Shown here in pieces: positions 1-8,866 of a stretch of 64,000 nucleotides of DNA. The stretch is from NCBI GenBank assembly GCA_964568845.1, contig CAZMSC010000001.1:32520-96519 (forward strand), given 5' to 3'. A program made the position numbers and the translations under genes. The stretch is from an uncultured Candidatus Bathyarchaeia archaeon (GTDB lineage Archaea > Thermoproteota > CALKCG01 > B24). Below the pieces are notes generated by a model that was given only the letters and a program-made list of their open reading frames with translations, was not told the DNA's origin and did not search any database. The stretch's first letter is position 1. The number at the start of each line of letters is the position of its first letter.

Positions 1-38
1 CCATTTGAGGGAGGATTTTTTGAGCTTAATGTAACATT

Positions 39-470
39 CTATCCCGTTACTTCTTTAATGAACTCTTCGTAAATCTTCTGAACCCTTTCAGCGGCAGGAC
101 CTGAACCTTCAATAACGCCTTTCTCAGTGACCCTTATCTTATCCATAACAACTATTACACCTTGATCTTCATACAATTTAACAAGTCTCGGAAAAACTCT
201 TTCAAGCCTTTCGGCTAAGTTTTTGAGGCTTAAAGGCCTTTCAGAAGTGTATACTTGCGCTATAACCCCTCCGTTTATTATAAGCCTATACATGACTGTA
301 TCTTTCTCATCCCTAGCATCCCTAAGCGATAAGTTCAATCTATCTGGGTCGAATCCTGTTAAAATACCTGTGTACCTTTTCCCATCTACAGTGACGACTG
401 TAACAGTCTTATTCAAGAGTGAGGCGACCTCCTCTGCAAATTTACTCCTAGACACTAAACCCATCTTCAA
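39..470 (-). CDS. Sm-like (LSm) RNA-binding protein with C-terminal extension
   Basis: Sm1/Sm2-like segment VTVVTVDGKRYTGILTGFDPDRLNLSLRDA...YRLIINGGVIAQV; complete 143-aa ORF ending in TAG. Confidence 0.6.
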   Translation of the reverse strand: MKMGLVSRSKFAEEVASLLNKTVTVVTVDGKRYTGILTGFDPDRLNLSLRDARDEKDTVMYRLIINGGVIAQVYTSERPLSLKNLAERLERVFPRLVKLYEDQGVIVVMDKIRVTEKGVIEGSGPAAERVQKIYEEFIKEVTG

Positions 471-638
471 ACACCTCTTGAGACATCTATTAGAAACATT
501 TCGTATAAATTAAGAGTTATTCTAGATCTTCAACTCCACAAATTTTTTACTATTTTAAAACCGATTTGAAGCCTTCAATTAGAGGAGGGTTCGGATAAAA
601 TTTAAGGGTGTGAAGTGGTGCAATATTACTAGATATAT

Positions 639-914
639 TTGGGTAGGAGAAGAAGGAGGAAGGTTGTACGGACATTTAGGAGGACTATACCAAAGGTTTA
701 CGTATGTCCACAATGTGGAAGGCGAACTGTAACTGTTCAGATAATAAAAGAGGCAAATATTGCCCATGTGGCATGTGGGACATGTAAGATCTCAGGCGAT
801 GTTGCACTCATAGAGGGGATGACAGCTGTAGACGCATATTGCACATGGTTTGATGAAATTGCACCTGGAAAAAGATTAGAGGAGATTAAACAGGTAAATC
901 CAGGTGAAGGTTAA
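639..914 (+). CDS. elf1: Transcription elongation factor Elf1 homologue (zinc ribbon)
   Basis: Basic N-terminus MGRRRRRK, CPQCG...CGTC zinc ribbon, and AVDAYCTWFDE resembling the Elf1 IDVYSDWID motif; TTG start. Confidence 0.65.
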   Translation: MGRRRRRKVVRTFRRTIPKVYVCPQCGRRTVTVQIIKEANIAHVACGTCKISGDVALIEGMTAVDAYCTWFDEIAPGKRLEEIKQVNPGEG

Positions 915-966
915 GCGCATCCGGCAAATCATGAGAGATTACGGAGATGAGGGGTGAAGGATCACT

Positions 967-1752
967 ATGACTATCAAGTTAGGAAAAGTTGAAAAGTACT
1001 TGATTAAGAGGCTTGAAGAAGATGGCGCCCTACATATGCCGCTCATAGACCCTGAAAATGTATCACCGGAAAAGGCTGCTGAAATAAGTGTTATTGCCGA
1101 AAGAGGGGGATCTGCAGCCATAATGATAGGCGGGTCGACTGTAGCATCTATCGTTAAGTTAAACGAGGTAGTAAAGCTCGTAAGGAAGAGTGTTTCAATA
1201 CCTGTAATACTTTTCCCAAACAATCTTTCAGGTATAAGTCCGTATGCAGATGCCATATGGTTTATGTCTCTTTTAAACTCGCTAAATCCTTATTACATAA
1301 TAGGTGCTCAAGTCTTAGGTGCTTCCGCGGTTAGAGAATATGGTTTAGAGCCTCTCCCTCTCGCATATCTAATTATCGGTGACGGTGGTGCAGCAGGATA
1401 CATAGGGCAGGCTCAGCCAATACCCTACGATAAACCTGAGATAGCGGCTCTATACGCGTTAGCTGCACAGTATCTTGGCATGAGGTTTATATACCTTGAA
1501 GCGGGGTCTGGAGCAAAAAATCCGATACCAGTTGAAATGGTTGCTCTGGTTAGAAAAATTACGAGTATTCCCATCATAGTCGGAGGCGGTTTAAAGCGTC
1601 CAGATTCTGTAGAAGAGAGGGTTTACGCTGGTGCAGATATAATCGTAACTGGAACCGTGATAGAGGAGGCTGTGGATGCTGAAAAATCAATACTCCTATT
1701 CATAGATGCTGTAAAGAAGGGTTTTTCTAGAAGATGTGAGAGGCAGATGTGA
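967..1752 (+). CDS. Geranylgeranylglyceryl phosphate synthase (PcrB/GGGPS family)
   Basis: TIM-barrel GGGPS pattern: HMPLIDPE, IMIGGS, FIYLEAGSGA, PIIVGGGL. Confidence 0.85.
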   Translation: MTIKLGKVEKYLIKRLEEDGALHMPLIDPENVSPEKAAEISVIAERGGSAAIMIGGSTVASIVKLNEVVKLVRKSVSIPVILFPNNLSGISPYADAIWFMSLLNSLNPYYIIGAQVLGASAVREYGLEPLPLAYLIIGDGGAAGYIGQAQPIPYDKPEIAALYALAAQYLGMRFIYLEAGSGAKNPIPVEMVALVRKITSIPIIVGGGLKRPDSVEERVYAGADIIVTGTVIEEAVDAEKSILLFIDAVKKGFSRRCERQM

Positions 1753-4700
1753 ATTGAAACGTCAACCCGTTTTAGAGACATCGGTTGAATATGAAGAATA
1801 CTTCAGAAATATAGAGCTTCAAATCAGAGCTCTTTACGAGATTGCACATGAAGCTAGATCTAAGGGTTTAGACCCGCTTCCACAGCCCGAGCCGAAGCTC
1901 TCAGAGGATCTGGCTGAACGGGTAGAGTTTTTAGTAGGACCTAAAGGGGTGGCAGACCGTATAAGAGAACTAAGTTCTACTATGGATAGAGAGGCTTTAG
2001 CATTCAAAGTATCAGAAGAAATCATCTATAGTGGCTATGGTAGATCGGGGTTGGAGAAAAATGCTGAGCAAGCTTTGAGAACCGCCTTAGCCATAATCAC
2101 TGAAGGTGTAACTGTAGCACCTGTCCAGGGAATCTCAAAGGTTTCTGTGAAAACGAACCTGGATGGTTCTAAATACCTAGCTGTCTACTTTGCAGGCCCC
2201 ATAAGACCCGCCGGGGGGACTGAGCAAGCCCTCATAGTTGTTATAGCAGATTTCATCAGGAAAAAGTTGATGCTGGATAGATGGAAGCCGTCTGAAGAAG
2301 AGGTTTTCAGACTTATAGAAGAAGTTAGAACATATGAGAGGTATGTACGACCCTTCCAATACCAAGTTCCGGATAATGTTTTAGAGAAGATCATTCGAAA
2401 CTTACCCGTTGAGATTACCGGCGTTGAAACAGACCCAGTTGAAGTCACGTCTTACAGAGATCTACCAAGGATTGAAACGAACAGGGTTAGAGGGGGAGCT
2501 CTAATAGTGCTTAATGACGGGCTTGCAGGTAGAGCTAGGAAACTTATGAAGATCATAGAATCTCTTGGTATAGATGACTGGAAGTGGGTAGGTGATGTAT
2601 GGAATTCTAATGAAAATGGGGGAAATACAGAGACGATGGAAACAATGTACCTTGAAGAAATACTCGCCGGCAGACCGGTTTTCGGATTTCCATCTAAATT
2701 TGGAGGGTTTAGAGTTAGATACGGTCGTGCTAGAAACACCGGGTTCGCCGCTTTGGGAGTACATCCCGCAACAATGGTGGTGGTTGACAATTTTCTAGCA
2801 GTAGGTACTCAAATAAAAACAGAGAGGCCTGGGAAAGCAGGCATAGTCGCTTCAGTAGATTCCATAGAACCGCCTATTGTGAGGCTTAGAGACGGCTCTG
2901 TGATAAGAGTTGAAACAGTCGAGGAGGCTTTAAACGTCAAGGATAGAATCGATAAAATACTTTTCTTAGGCGATATTCTCGTAAGCTTCTACGAGTTTCT
3001 TGAAAATAAAGCCAACCTACTCGTGCCCGGCTTTACAGAAGAAGTTTGGAGCCAAATGTTTCTAAGCAGTTTAAAGGAAAAATATGGATTAAGCTATGTT
3101 AAGTTCAGTGAAGCCTCAAAAATACCTGTCGATAGGCTTAAAGCATTTATTGAAGAGCCGTTACATATTAAGCCTACCCCACTTGAGGTTTTAACAATAT
3201 CCCGCTTACTGGGGATACCTATCCATCCGCGTTTCACTTACGCGTGGGGGGAATTGACGCTTTACGAACTTAAACATTTGCGGAAGGCTCTCTCAGAGGC
3301 TGAAATTGAACGCATTAATGGATTCATTAAGAGGATAAGGCTTAAGGCAAATAAAGATGTTAAAGTCATTCTTGAAAAGCTTCTTGTACCTCATAGGGTT
3401 TCAGGCGAATGGATAATTTTAGAGGAGGACGGACAGGTACTATATGAGTGTCTAAAACCCGATGCGCCGTTGAATGATTTGAATAACGACGACGTTTTCA
3501 ACATAATATTTACGATCTCAGGATTTGAAGTTAAACCTAAATTTGTAAGCTTCATAGGTGCTAGAATGGGCAGACCGGAGAAGGCTAACCGAAGACTTAT
3601 GAAGACTTCAGTTCACAGCTTGTTTCCAATAGGTCTTGAGGGTGGATTTAGAAGAAACATAGCGGAAGCCGCTGAGAAGAATTTAGTAGAAGTTGAGCTT
3701 GTTCACCGTAAATGTTCGGCGTGCGGTTTTGAAACCTACAAATCCACTTGTCCTAGTTGTGGAAGCAGAACCGTTATCCAATATGGATGCCCAATCTGTG
3801 GAAGACCGTTAAGTTTAGACGCTGTATGTCCATCTTGTAAAACCCCTTCTTCACCATATAAAATCACACGTATAGACTTAAGAAGTGAGCTTTACGAGGC
3901 TTTAAGAAGGGTAGATTCTCCAAAGTTGAAGATTATTAAGGGAGTTATCAAACTTATGAATGCGACCAGAACCCCGGAGCCTCTTGAAAAGGGTATATTA
4001 AGAGCAAAATACGACTTGACGGTGTTTAAAGACGGCACTATCAGATTCGACATGACAAATGCTCCATTAACTCATTTTAAACCATCCGAAATAAACACTC
4101 CCATACATAAACTCAGAGAACTTGGTTATCATAGGGATTTTGAGGGTAAACCGCTTGAAAGCTTAGATCAGATATGTGAGCTTAAAATCCATGATGTAAT
4201 ACTTCCAAAGACTTGTGGCAAATATCTTGTAAAAGTGGCAAACTTCATAGATGAACTTCTTGAAAGATTCTACGGCTTAAGGCCGTTTTACAACGTTAAA
4301 AACGAGAACGATCTCATAGGACACTTAGTCGTCGGATTGGCTCCTCATACGTCGGTCGGCGTTGTCGGTAGAATCATAGGTTTCAACGATGCAAACGTAT
4401 GCTTCGCTCACCCGTATTGGCATGCGTGTAAGAGGAGAGACTGCGACGGAGATGAAGATTCCATTATGCTTGCTTTAGATTGCCTAATAAACTTTTCAGT
4501 CGAATATCTACCTGCCCAAGTCGGAGGTTTAATGGATGCACCGCTTATGATAACCTATAGGATTAACCCGTTTGAAGTAGACTCTGCCGTTCACAATCTA
4601 GATGTTTCAGATAGATATCCTATGGAGTTCTACAGTCTTTGCTTTAAGGAGGCTGACGCTAGAGAAGCTAAGAATTTGATTGAAATAGTTGAGAAAAGAC

Positions 4701-5209
4701 TGGGTTTAAAGAATCAGTTTGAAGGGTTTAAGTATACGCATCCATCGACAACAATAGCCGGTGGAAACTTAAATACGAGTTATAAAAAACTTAAGACAAT
4801 GAGCCAGAAAATGCTAAGCCAACTTAATCTTGCAGATAAAATATCAGCCGTTGACGCGGCTAAAATTGCTGAAAAGATTCTGACAACACATTTACTCAAG
4901 GATATAACTGGCAATCTTAGAGCATTTACATCCCAGACATTTAGATGTAAAAGTTGTAACACTAAGTATCGTAGAGTGCCTCTGAGTGGTAGGTGTAGGA
5001 AATGCGGTGGAGCGCTAATATTGACAGTTTTTAAGGGAGGGGTTGAAAAATACCTTAAAATGGCTGAAGATATTGTTGAGAAGTATAGACTTGGAGACTA
5101 CTATTATCAGAGGCTTATGCTGATAAAGGATGAAATATGTACACTTATGGTTAGTGGTAAAACTGGTGTGCAAGCAAGTTTAAGCAGATTTATACGAGAC
5201 CAAACATGA
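1736..5209 (+). CDS. polC: DNA polymerase D (Pol II) large subunit DP2
   Basis: 1157-aa ORF with DP2 hallmarks: YFRNIE...ARSKGLDP N-terminus, several CxxC zinc clusters, and HPYWHACKRRDCDGDEDS catalytic region. No intein. Alternative TTG start at 1754, just after the upstream stop. Confidence 0.9.
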   Translation: MRGRCELKRQPVLETSVEYEEYFRNIELQIRALYEIAHEARSKGLDPLPQPEPKLSEDLAERVEFLVGPKGVADRIRELSSTMDREALAFKVSEEIIYSGYGRSGLEKNAEQALRTALAIITEGVTVAPVQGISKVSVKTNLDGSKYLAVYFAGPIRPAGGTEQALIVVIADFIRKKLMLDRWKPSEEEVFRLIEEVRTYERYVRPFQYQVPDNVLEKIIRNLPVEITGVETDPVEVTSYRDLPRIETNRVRGGALIVLNDGLAGRARKLMKIIESLGIDDWKWVGDVWNSNENGGNTETMETMYLEEILAGRPVFGFPSKFGGFRVRYGRARNTGFAALGVHPATMVVVDNFLAVGTQIKTERPGKAGIVASVDSIEPPIVRLRDGSVIRVETVEEALNVKDRIDKILFLGDILVSFYEFLENKANLLVPGFTEEVWSQMFLSSLKEKYGLSYVKFSEASKIPVDRLKAFIEEPLHIKPTPLEVLTISRLLGIPIHPRFTYAWGELTLYELKHLRKALSEAEIERINGFIKRIRLKANKDVKVILEKLLVPHRVSGEWIILEEDGQVLYECLKPDAPLNDLNNDDVFNIIFTISGFEVKPKFVSFIGARMGRPEKANRRLMKTSVHSLFPIGLEGGFRRNIAEAAEKNLVEVELVHRKCSACGFETYKSTCPSCGSRTVIQYGCPICGRPLSLDAVCPSCKTPSSPYKITRIDLRSELYEALRRVDSPKLKIIKGVIKLMNATRTPEPLEKGILRAKYDLTVFKDGTIRFDMTNAPLTHFKPSEINTPIHKLRELGYHRDFEGKPLESLDQICELKIHDVILPKTCGKYLVKVANFIDELLERFYGLRPFYNVKNENDLIGHLVVGLAPHTSVGVVGRIIGFNDANVCFAHPYWHACKRRDCDGDEDSIMLALDCLINFSVEYLPAQVGGLMDAPLMITYRINPFEVDSAVHNLDVSDRYPMEFYSLCFKEADAREAKNLIEIVEKRLGLKNQFEGFKYTHPSTTIAGGNLNTSYKKLKTMSQKMLSQLNLADKISAVDAAKIAEKILTTHLLKDITGNLRAFTSQTFRCKSCNTKYRRVPLSGRCRKCGGALILTVFKGGVEKYLKMAEDIVEKYRLGDYYYQRLMLIKDEICTLMVSGKTGVQASLSRFIRDQT

Positions 5210-5274
5210 GAAGCACTTAAATACTTAATTCCTCTTAAACCATGAGGAGTTGAAGATTGACATTGGTGTTCAAT

Positions 5275-6927
5275 ATGATTAAGATAAGATTTTACGTGCT
5301 ACTGATAGCAACTTTCATATTAATATCTGTCCCGTCTACGCATTCCACCAGCAGTGTAACATATAATAGGGAGGCAACTCTATATTCTACTGGTCTTATC
5401 CTTATAGAAGACCGTATTTCAGGACTTAATGGAAGCGATAGACCATTTACTCTGAGGCTTCCGAGAGGCCTCGCGGAAAATCTGCTGGATTATAGAGCTG
5501 AAACGGCAGACGGTTTAAACTTAAACGTAAGCATCGTTGGGTTCACGGAAAATGAGACTGTAGTAGAAGTGATAGATGTTACTTCTTCATCTCTGACTTT
5601 GTTTTTCTTAGTTAATGGTAGTGCGTTAATCGGACTGGCTGATACATTTACAATATACGTACCCGTCTACCCAGGATTAAGCATGGATATTGCACGGTTA
5701 AACTTCACCCTAAAAATACCAAGAGATGCTATGTTTAAAGACTACCCAAGTGATTTCAATATATCTGCTGGTAAACTCTGGCTTATACGTGAGAATTTAG
5801 AGCCCGATGCTTCTAGAGTAGAACCGATATCTATAACTGGAAGTCCATTGATTGAAGTTGAAGAGTTCAGTAAAACCATTACTGTTTCGGAGCACGGGGA
5901 TGTAGTGGTGGAGGAATTCTACATGATTCTAAACGTAGGCTCATCTACCTCACAAATAGTTTTTAGTCTTCCAGCAGACGCTTTTGAAGTCTATGCGAAA
6001 GACGAATTTGGAAGACTACAATCCTCAACGAATACTGAGGGGGGCACTCTAACATTAACCGTTAAACCTAGGTATGAATTGAGGAAGGGCGACCGATATT
6101 CTCTAACGATAACGTACAAGTTTCCAGCGGGCTTAATGGTGGAACACAGTTTATTCAAGTACTCTCATGGGCTAAGCATGGAATTGGGATCAGCTTTACC
6201 CATAGTTGCTGAATCTATACAGGTGAACCTGAAGCTGCCGAATTACTCTACGATCGTAGATGTTAAGCCTGAAAATTACACGGAGAATAATGGTGTTTTA
6301 AGCTGGATTTTGAAAAGTAGCGATCACACCCCTGTTTTATCTCCGATTAGACAGCCGCCTATTCTCATGTTAAACTATAACTATAACGTCCTCTGGTCTT
6401 CCTTCAAACCCGTTCTCTGGACTTTATGCGGATTAACAACAGTCGCTGTTATATACTACGTATACAGAGCTAGAGTCGCGAAGACAGTTGAAGCCATGCC
6501 TAAAGTCAAAGCGCCAGTTGCCACCAAGGAGATTTCAGAGTTTATTTCAGCCTATGAGGAAAAGCTTAACCTTAGAAGAGAGATGCGTGAGCTTGAAAGC
6601 AACTACTTGACTGGAAACATATCTAGGGCTGAATTCTCAGCGCGTTCTATAAAGGTCAAGAATAGGATAGCCGAACTCGATAGAATGATTGAAAACTTAA
6701 AGCCTACTATTAGACTTGCCGGTTTCCTCGACGAATTGACTAATATAGAAGAGGCCGAGGCCGATTTAAGTATTTGTGATGTAGGTCTAGGCGAGCTTAG
6801 AAATAGATATCGAACTGGCAAAATTTCAAAACACGTGTATGAGAGACTTCTCAACGAATACAATAAACGCATACGTACGAATGAAAATAGGATAAGGAGA
6901 GCCATTGAAGCTATCTCCTCGGGCTAA
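5275..6927 (+). CDS. Ribophorin I (OST1)-like membrane glycoprotein: signal peptide, large lumenal domain, one TM helix, cytosolic coiled coil
   Basis: Signal-like MIKIRFYVLLIATFILISVPSTHS. Blocks ITVSEHGDVVVEEFYMILNVG, LPADAFEVYAKDEFGRLQSS and LTVKPRYELRKGDRYSLTITYKFP parallel ribophorin I blocks [33 protein letters not shown] and [11 protein letters not shown]...GYNLP. Many NxS/T sequons, a TM helix WTLCGLTTVAVIYYVY, then a coiled-coil tail. ATG at 5275 preferred over the track's TTG at 5257. Confidence 0.45.
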   Translation: MIKIRFYVLLIATFILISVPSTHSTSSVTYNREATLYSTGLILIEDRISGLNGSDRPFTLRLPRGLAENLLDYRAETADGLNLNVSIVGFTENETVVEVIDVTSSSLTLFFLVNGSALIGLADTFTIYVPVYPGLSMDIARLNFTLKIPRDAMFKDYPSDFNISAGKLWLIRENLEPDASRVEPISITGSPLIEVEEFSKTITVSEHGDVVVEEFYMILNVGSSTSQIVFSLPADAFEVYAKDEFGRLQSSTNTEGGTLTLTVKPRYELRKGDRYSLTITYKFPAGLMVEHSLFKYSHGLSMELGSALPIVAESIQVNLKLPNYSTIVDVKPENYTENNGVLSWILKSSDHTPVLSPIRQPPILMLNYNYNVLWSSFKPVLWTLCGLTTVAVIYYVYRARVAKTVEAMPKVKAPVATKEISEFISAYEEKLNLRREMRELESNYLTGNISRAEFSARSIKVKNRIAELDRMIENLKPTIRLAGFLDELTNIEEAEADLSICDVGLGELRNRYRTGKISKHVYERLLNEYNKRIRTNENRIRRAIEAISSG

Positions 6928-6969
6928 AAACATTTATATACTTGCCAGCTGTCCTATGTCTCTCGGATT

Positions 6970-7015
6970 AAGAAGGTAAGAAAGAACCTATTAAAGGACT
7001 CTTTCCTACCTTCTT
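6970..7015. repeat. 16-bp imperfect inverted repeat (hairpin) between the ribophorin-like gene and the TRAM gene
   Basis: AAGAAGGTAAGAAAGA (6970-6985) pairs with TCTTTCCTACCTTCTT (7000-7015) with one A/C mismatch and a 14-nt loop. Confidence 0.5.
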
Positions 7016-7045
7016 AAATCCAATAATTTAAAGGGAGGTTGAATT

Positions 7046-7297
7046 ATGGAAAGAAGTAGGAGAAGGCGGCCGGCTACAGGCGGTTTTAGACCAGCTAGAC
7101 CAGTGCCAGTTGCCGTGGGCGGCGAATACGACGTTGAAATAGAGAGCATTGGAAGCAGAGGAGATGGAATAGCTAGAATCGAGGGTTTTGTAATATTTGT
7201 GAAAAACACTAAAGTGGGAGATAAGCTTAAAGTCAGAGTGAATTCTGTCAGTAGAAGATTCGCCATAGCTACACCGGTCGCTCAGGGTGAGGAGTAG
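7046..7297 (+). CDS. TRAM domain protein
   Basis: Arg-rich N-terminus then TRAM-like YDVEIESIGSRGDGIARIEGFVIFVKNTKVGDKLKVRV; GGAGG-like SD upstream. Confidence 0.7.
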   Translation: MERSRRRRPATGGFRPARPVPVAVGGEYDVEIESIGSRGDGIARIEGFVIFVKNTKVGDKLKVRVNSVSRRFAIATPVAQGEE

Positions 7298-7460
7298 AAG
7301 AGGCGTTTAAACTATTTCTAAATCGTTCAATAATGTCCGGTATTTTTCTAAGCTTTATTTTTGCTAAAACTGATTCCTATATTCTCCCATCATAATCAGA
7401 AAAACAATATGATGGAAGAGGGAGAAGTTAAAAATAGTTGATTTTAAGACTATTCAACCG

Positions 7461-8186
7461 TTGGAAAAGAGTACCGATTTTCGACTTGAGGAAGTATATG
7501 ATGTAGTTGAATGTGAAATCGTTAGACGGATTAATAGGTTTCTCGTTGAGATACTTATCGACGGTTCTCCAACCATAGCCTACCTCAACAACACTGGTAG
7601 ACTTTTAGAATTCATGGCTGAAGGTAGAGTGGCCTACTGTTTAAAAGCATATGGTGGAAAAACTAGGCATCGCCTTTTTGCAGTAGATGTTGGAGACGGT
7701 CTAGCCGCGATTGTAGATACCAGGATTCAGATGCGCCTTTTTGAAAAAGCGGCTAGTAAGGGGTTGATACATTGGCTTGGAAAACACAGAATAGTTAAGA
7801 GAAACTGTAGATTGGGCAGATCCTTAATAGACTATCTAATAGAGCTGGATGGTAGGCTTGCATATCTTGAAGTTAAAAGTGCGGTTTTGCGGGATGGTGA
7901 GGGATATGCCTTATACCCAGATTGCCCAACTATTAGGGGGAGGAGGCATATAATGGATATTATAAAGCATGCTGAAGAGGGCGGTTTGGGAATAATAGTG
8001 TTCATAGCTGCGCTGCCAAATATCAACGGTTTTAAGCCGAATCCTAGAGGAGACGGAGAAATACCTAAACTGCTTTTAAAAGCTTACGAGACCGGGTGTG
8101 TTTTAAAGGCGATGAGCGCCTATTACGACCGACGCTCTTCATCATTTTATCTAGATAGCCCAGACATCCCAGTTCTTCTACGATAG
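7461..8186 (+). CDS. sfsA: SfsA family (sugar fermentation stimulation protein A-like) nuclease-fold protein
   Basis: RRINRFLVEILIDG...AYLNNTGRLLEF and YLEVKS motifs typical of SfsA; TTG start. Confidence 0.7.
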   Translation: MEKSTDFRLEEVYDVVECEIVRRINRFLVEILIDGSPTIAYLNNTGRLLEFMAEGRVAYCLKAYGGKTRHRLFAVDVGDGLAAIVDTRIQMRLFEKAASKGLIHWLGKHRIVKRNCRLGRSLIDYLIELDGRLAYLEVKSAVLRDGEGYALYPDCPTIRGRRHIMDIIKHAEEGGLGIIVFIAALPNINGFKPNPRGDGEIPKLLLKAYETGCVLKAMSAYYDRRSSSFYLDSPDIPVLLR

Positions 8187-8196
8187 AGGGATTTAT

Positions 8197-8832
8197 ATGG
8201 CCAGGGTGGATGAGCTGTTTGAAGAAATCAGCCGCTTGAAAAGTAGCCATGTAAAAAAGCTGGTAGATGCGCGTATAGAAGAGTTTAAACAGACTGGTAG
8301 GAAAACTAGTAGAGAAATTTTTAAAGAACTATGTTTTTGCATTCTAACGGCGAATTTCAACGCTGAGAGAAGCATAGAGATTCAGAGGAAGATAGGTGAC
8401 GGTTTTCTAACCCTTCCATTCCCCCAGCTGATGGAAGAGCTTAAAGCACTTGGCCACCGCTATCCCACAGCTAGAGCACAGTACATTGTAGAGGCTAGAA
8501 GATACGCCGATTCTCTGAGAGAGGTCATTTCACATTTCGAAAATGCTAATTCTCTGAGGGAGTGGCTTGTTAAAAACGTAAAGGGAATTGGGTTTAAAGA
8601 GGCAAGTCATTTCCTTAGAAATATCGGCTTCTCCGATTTAGCTATAATAGATTTCCACATAGTCAATATACTATCGAAGTACGGTTTGATAAATAGACCT
8701 AAGACTATGACTAAGAAGAGGTACTTGGAAATAGAATCCATGTTGAGAAAAATAGCCCACAGTTTGAACATTTCACTAGCCGAGCTTGATTTATTCCTCT
8801 GGTATCTTGAAACAGGTAAAGTCTTGAAATAA
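8197..8832 (+). CDS. ogg: N-glycosylase/DNA lyase (archaeal Ogg2-type, HhH-GPD)
   Basis: FCILTANFNAE, VKGIGFKEASHFLRNIG (HhH) and IIDFHI motifs. Confidence 0.7.
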   Translation: MARVDELFEEISRLKSSHVKKLVDARIEEFKQTGRKTSREIFKELCFCILTANFNAERSIEIQRKIGDGFLTLPFPQLMEELKALGHRYPTARAQYIVEARRYADSLREVISHFENANSLREWLVKNVKGIGFKEASHFLRNIGFSDLAIIDFHIVNILSKYGLINRPKTMTKKRYLEIESMLRKIAHSLNISLAELDLFLWYLETGKVLK

Positions 8833-8866
8833 AAAAGGATGAGTGCATAGCGTTGCTTTACAGGGA

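Noticed and set aside
7360-7425. Possible C/D-box sRNA (ATGATGG and CTGA strings)
   Set aside because: The box order and spacing do not fit C-D'-C'-D architecture on either strand, there are no terminal stem or k-turn pairs, and the boxes deviate from RUGAUGA.
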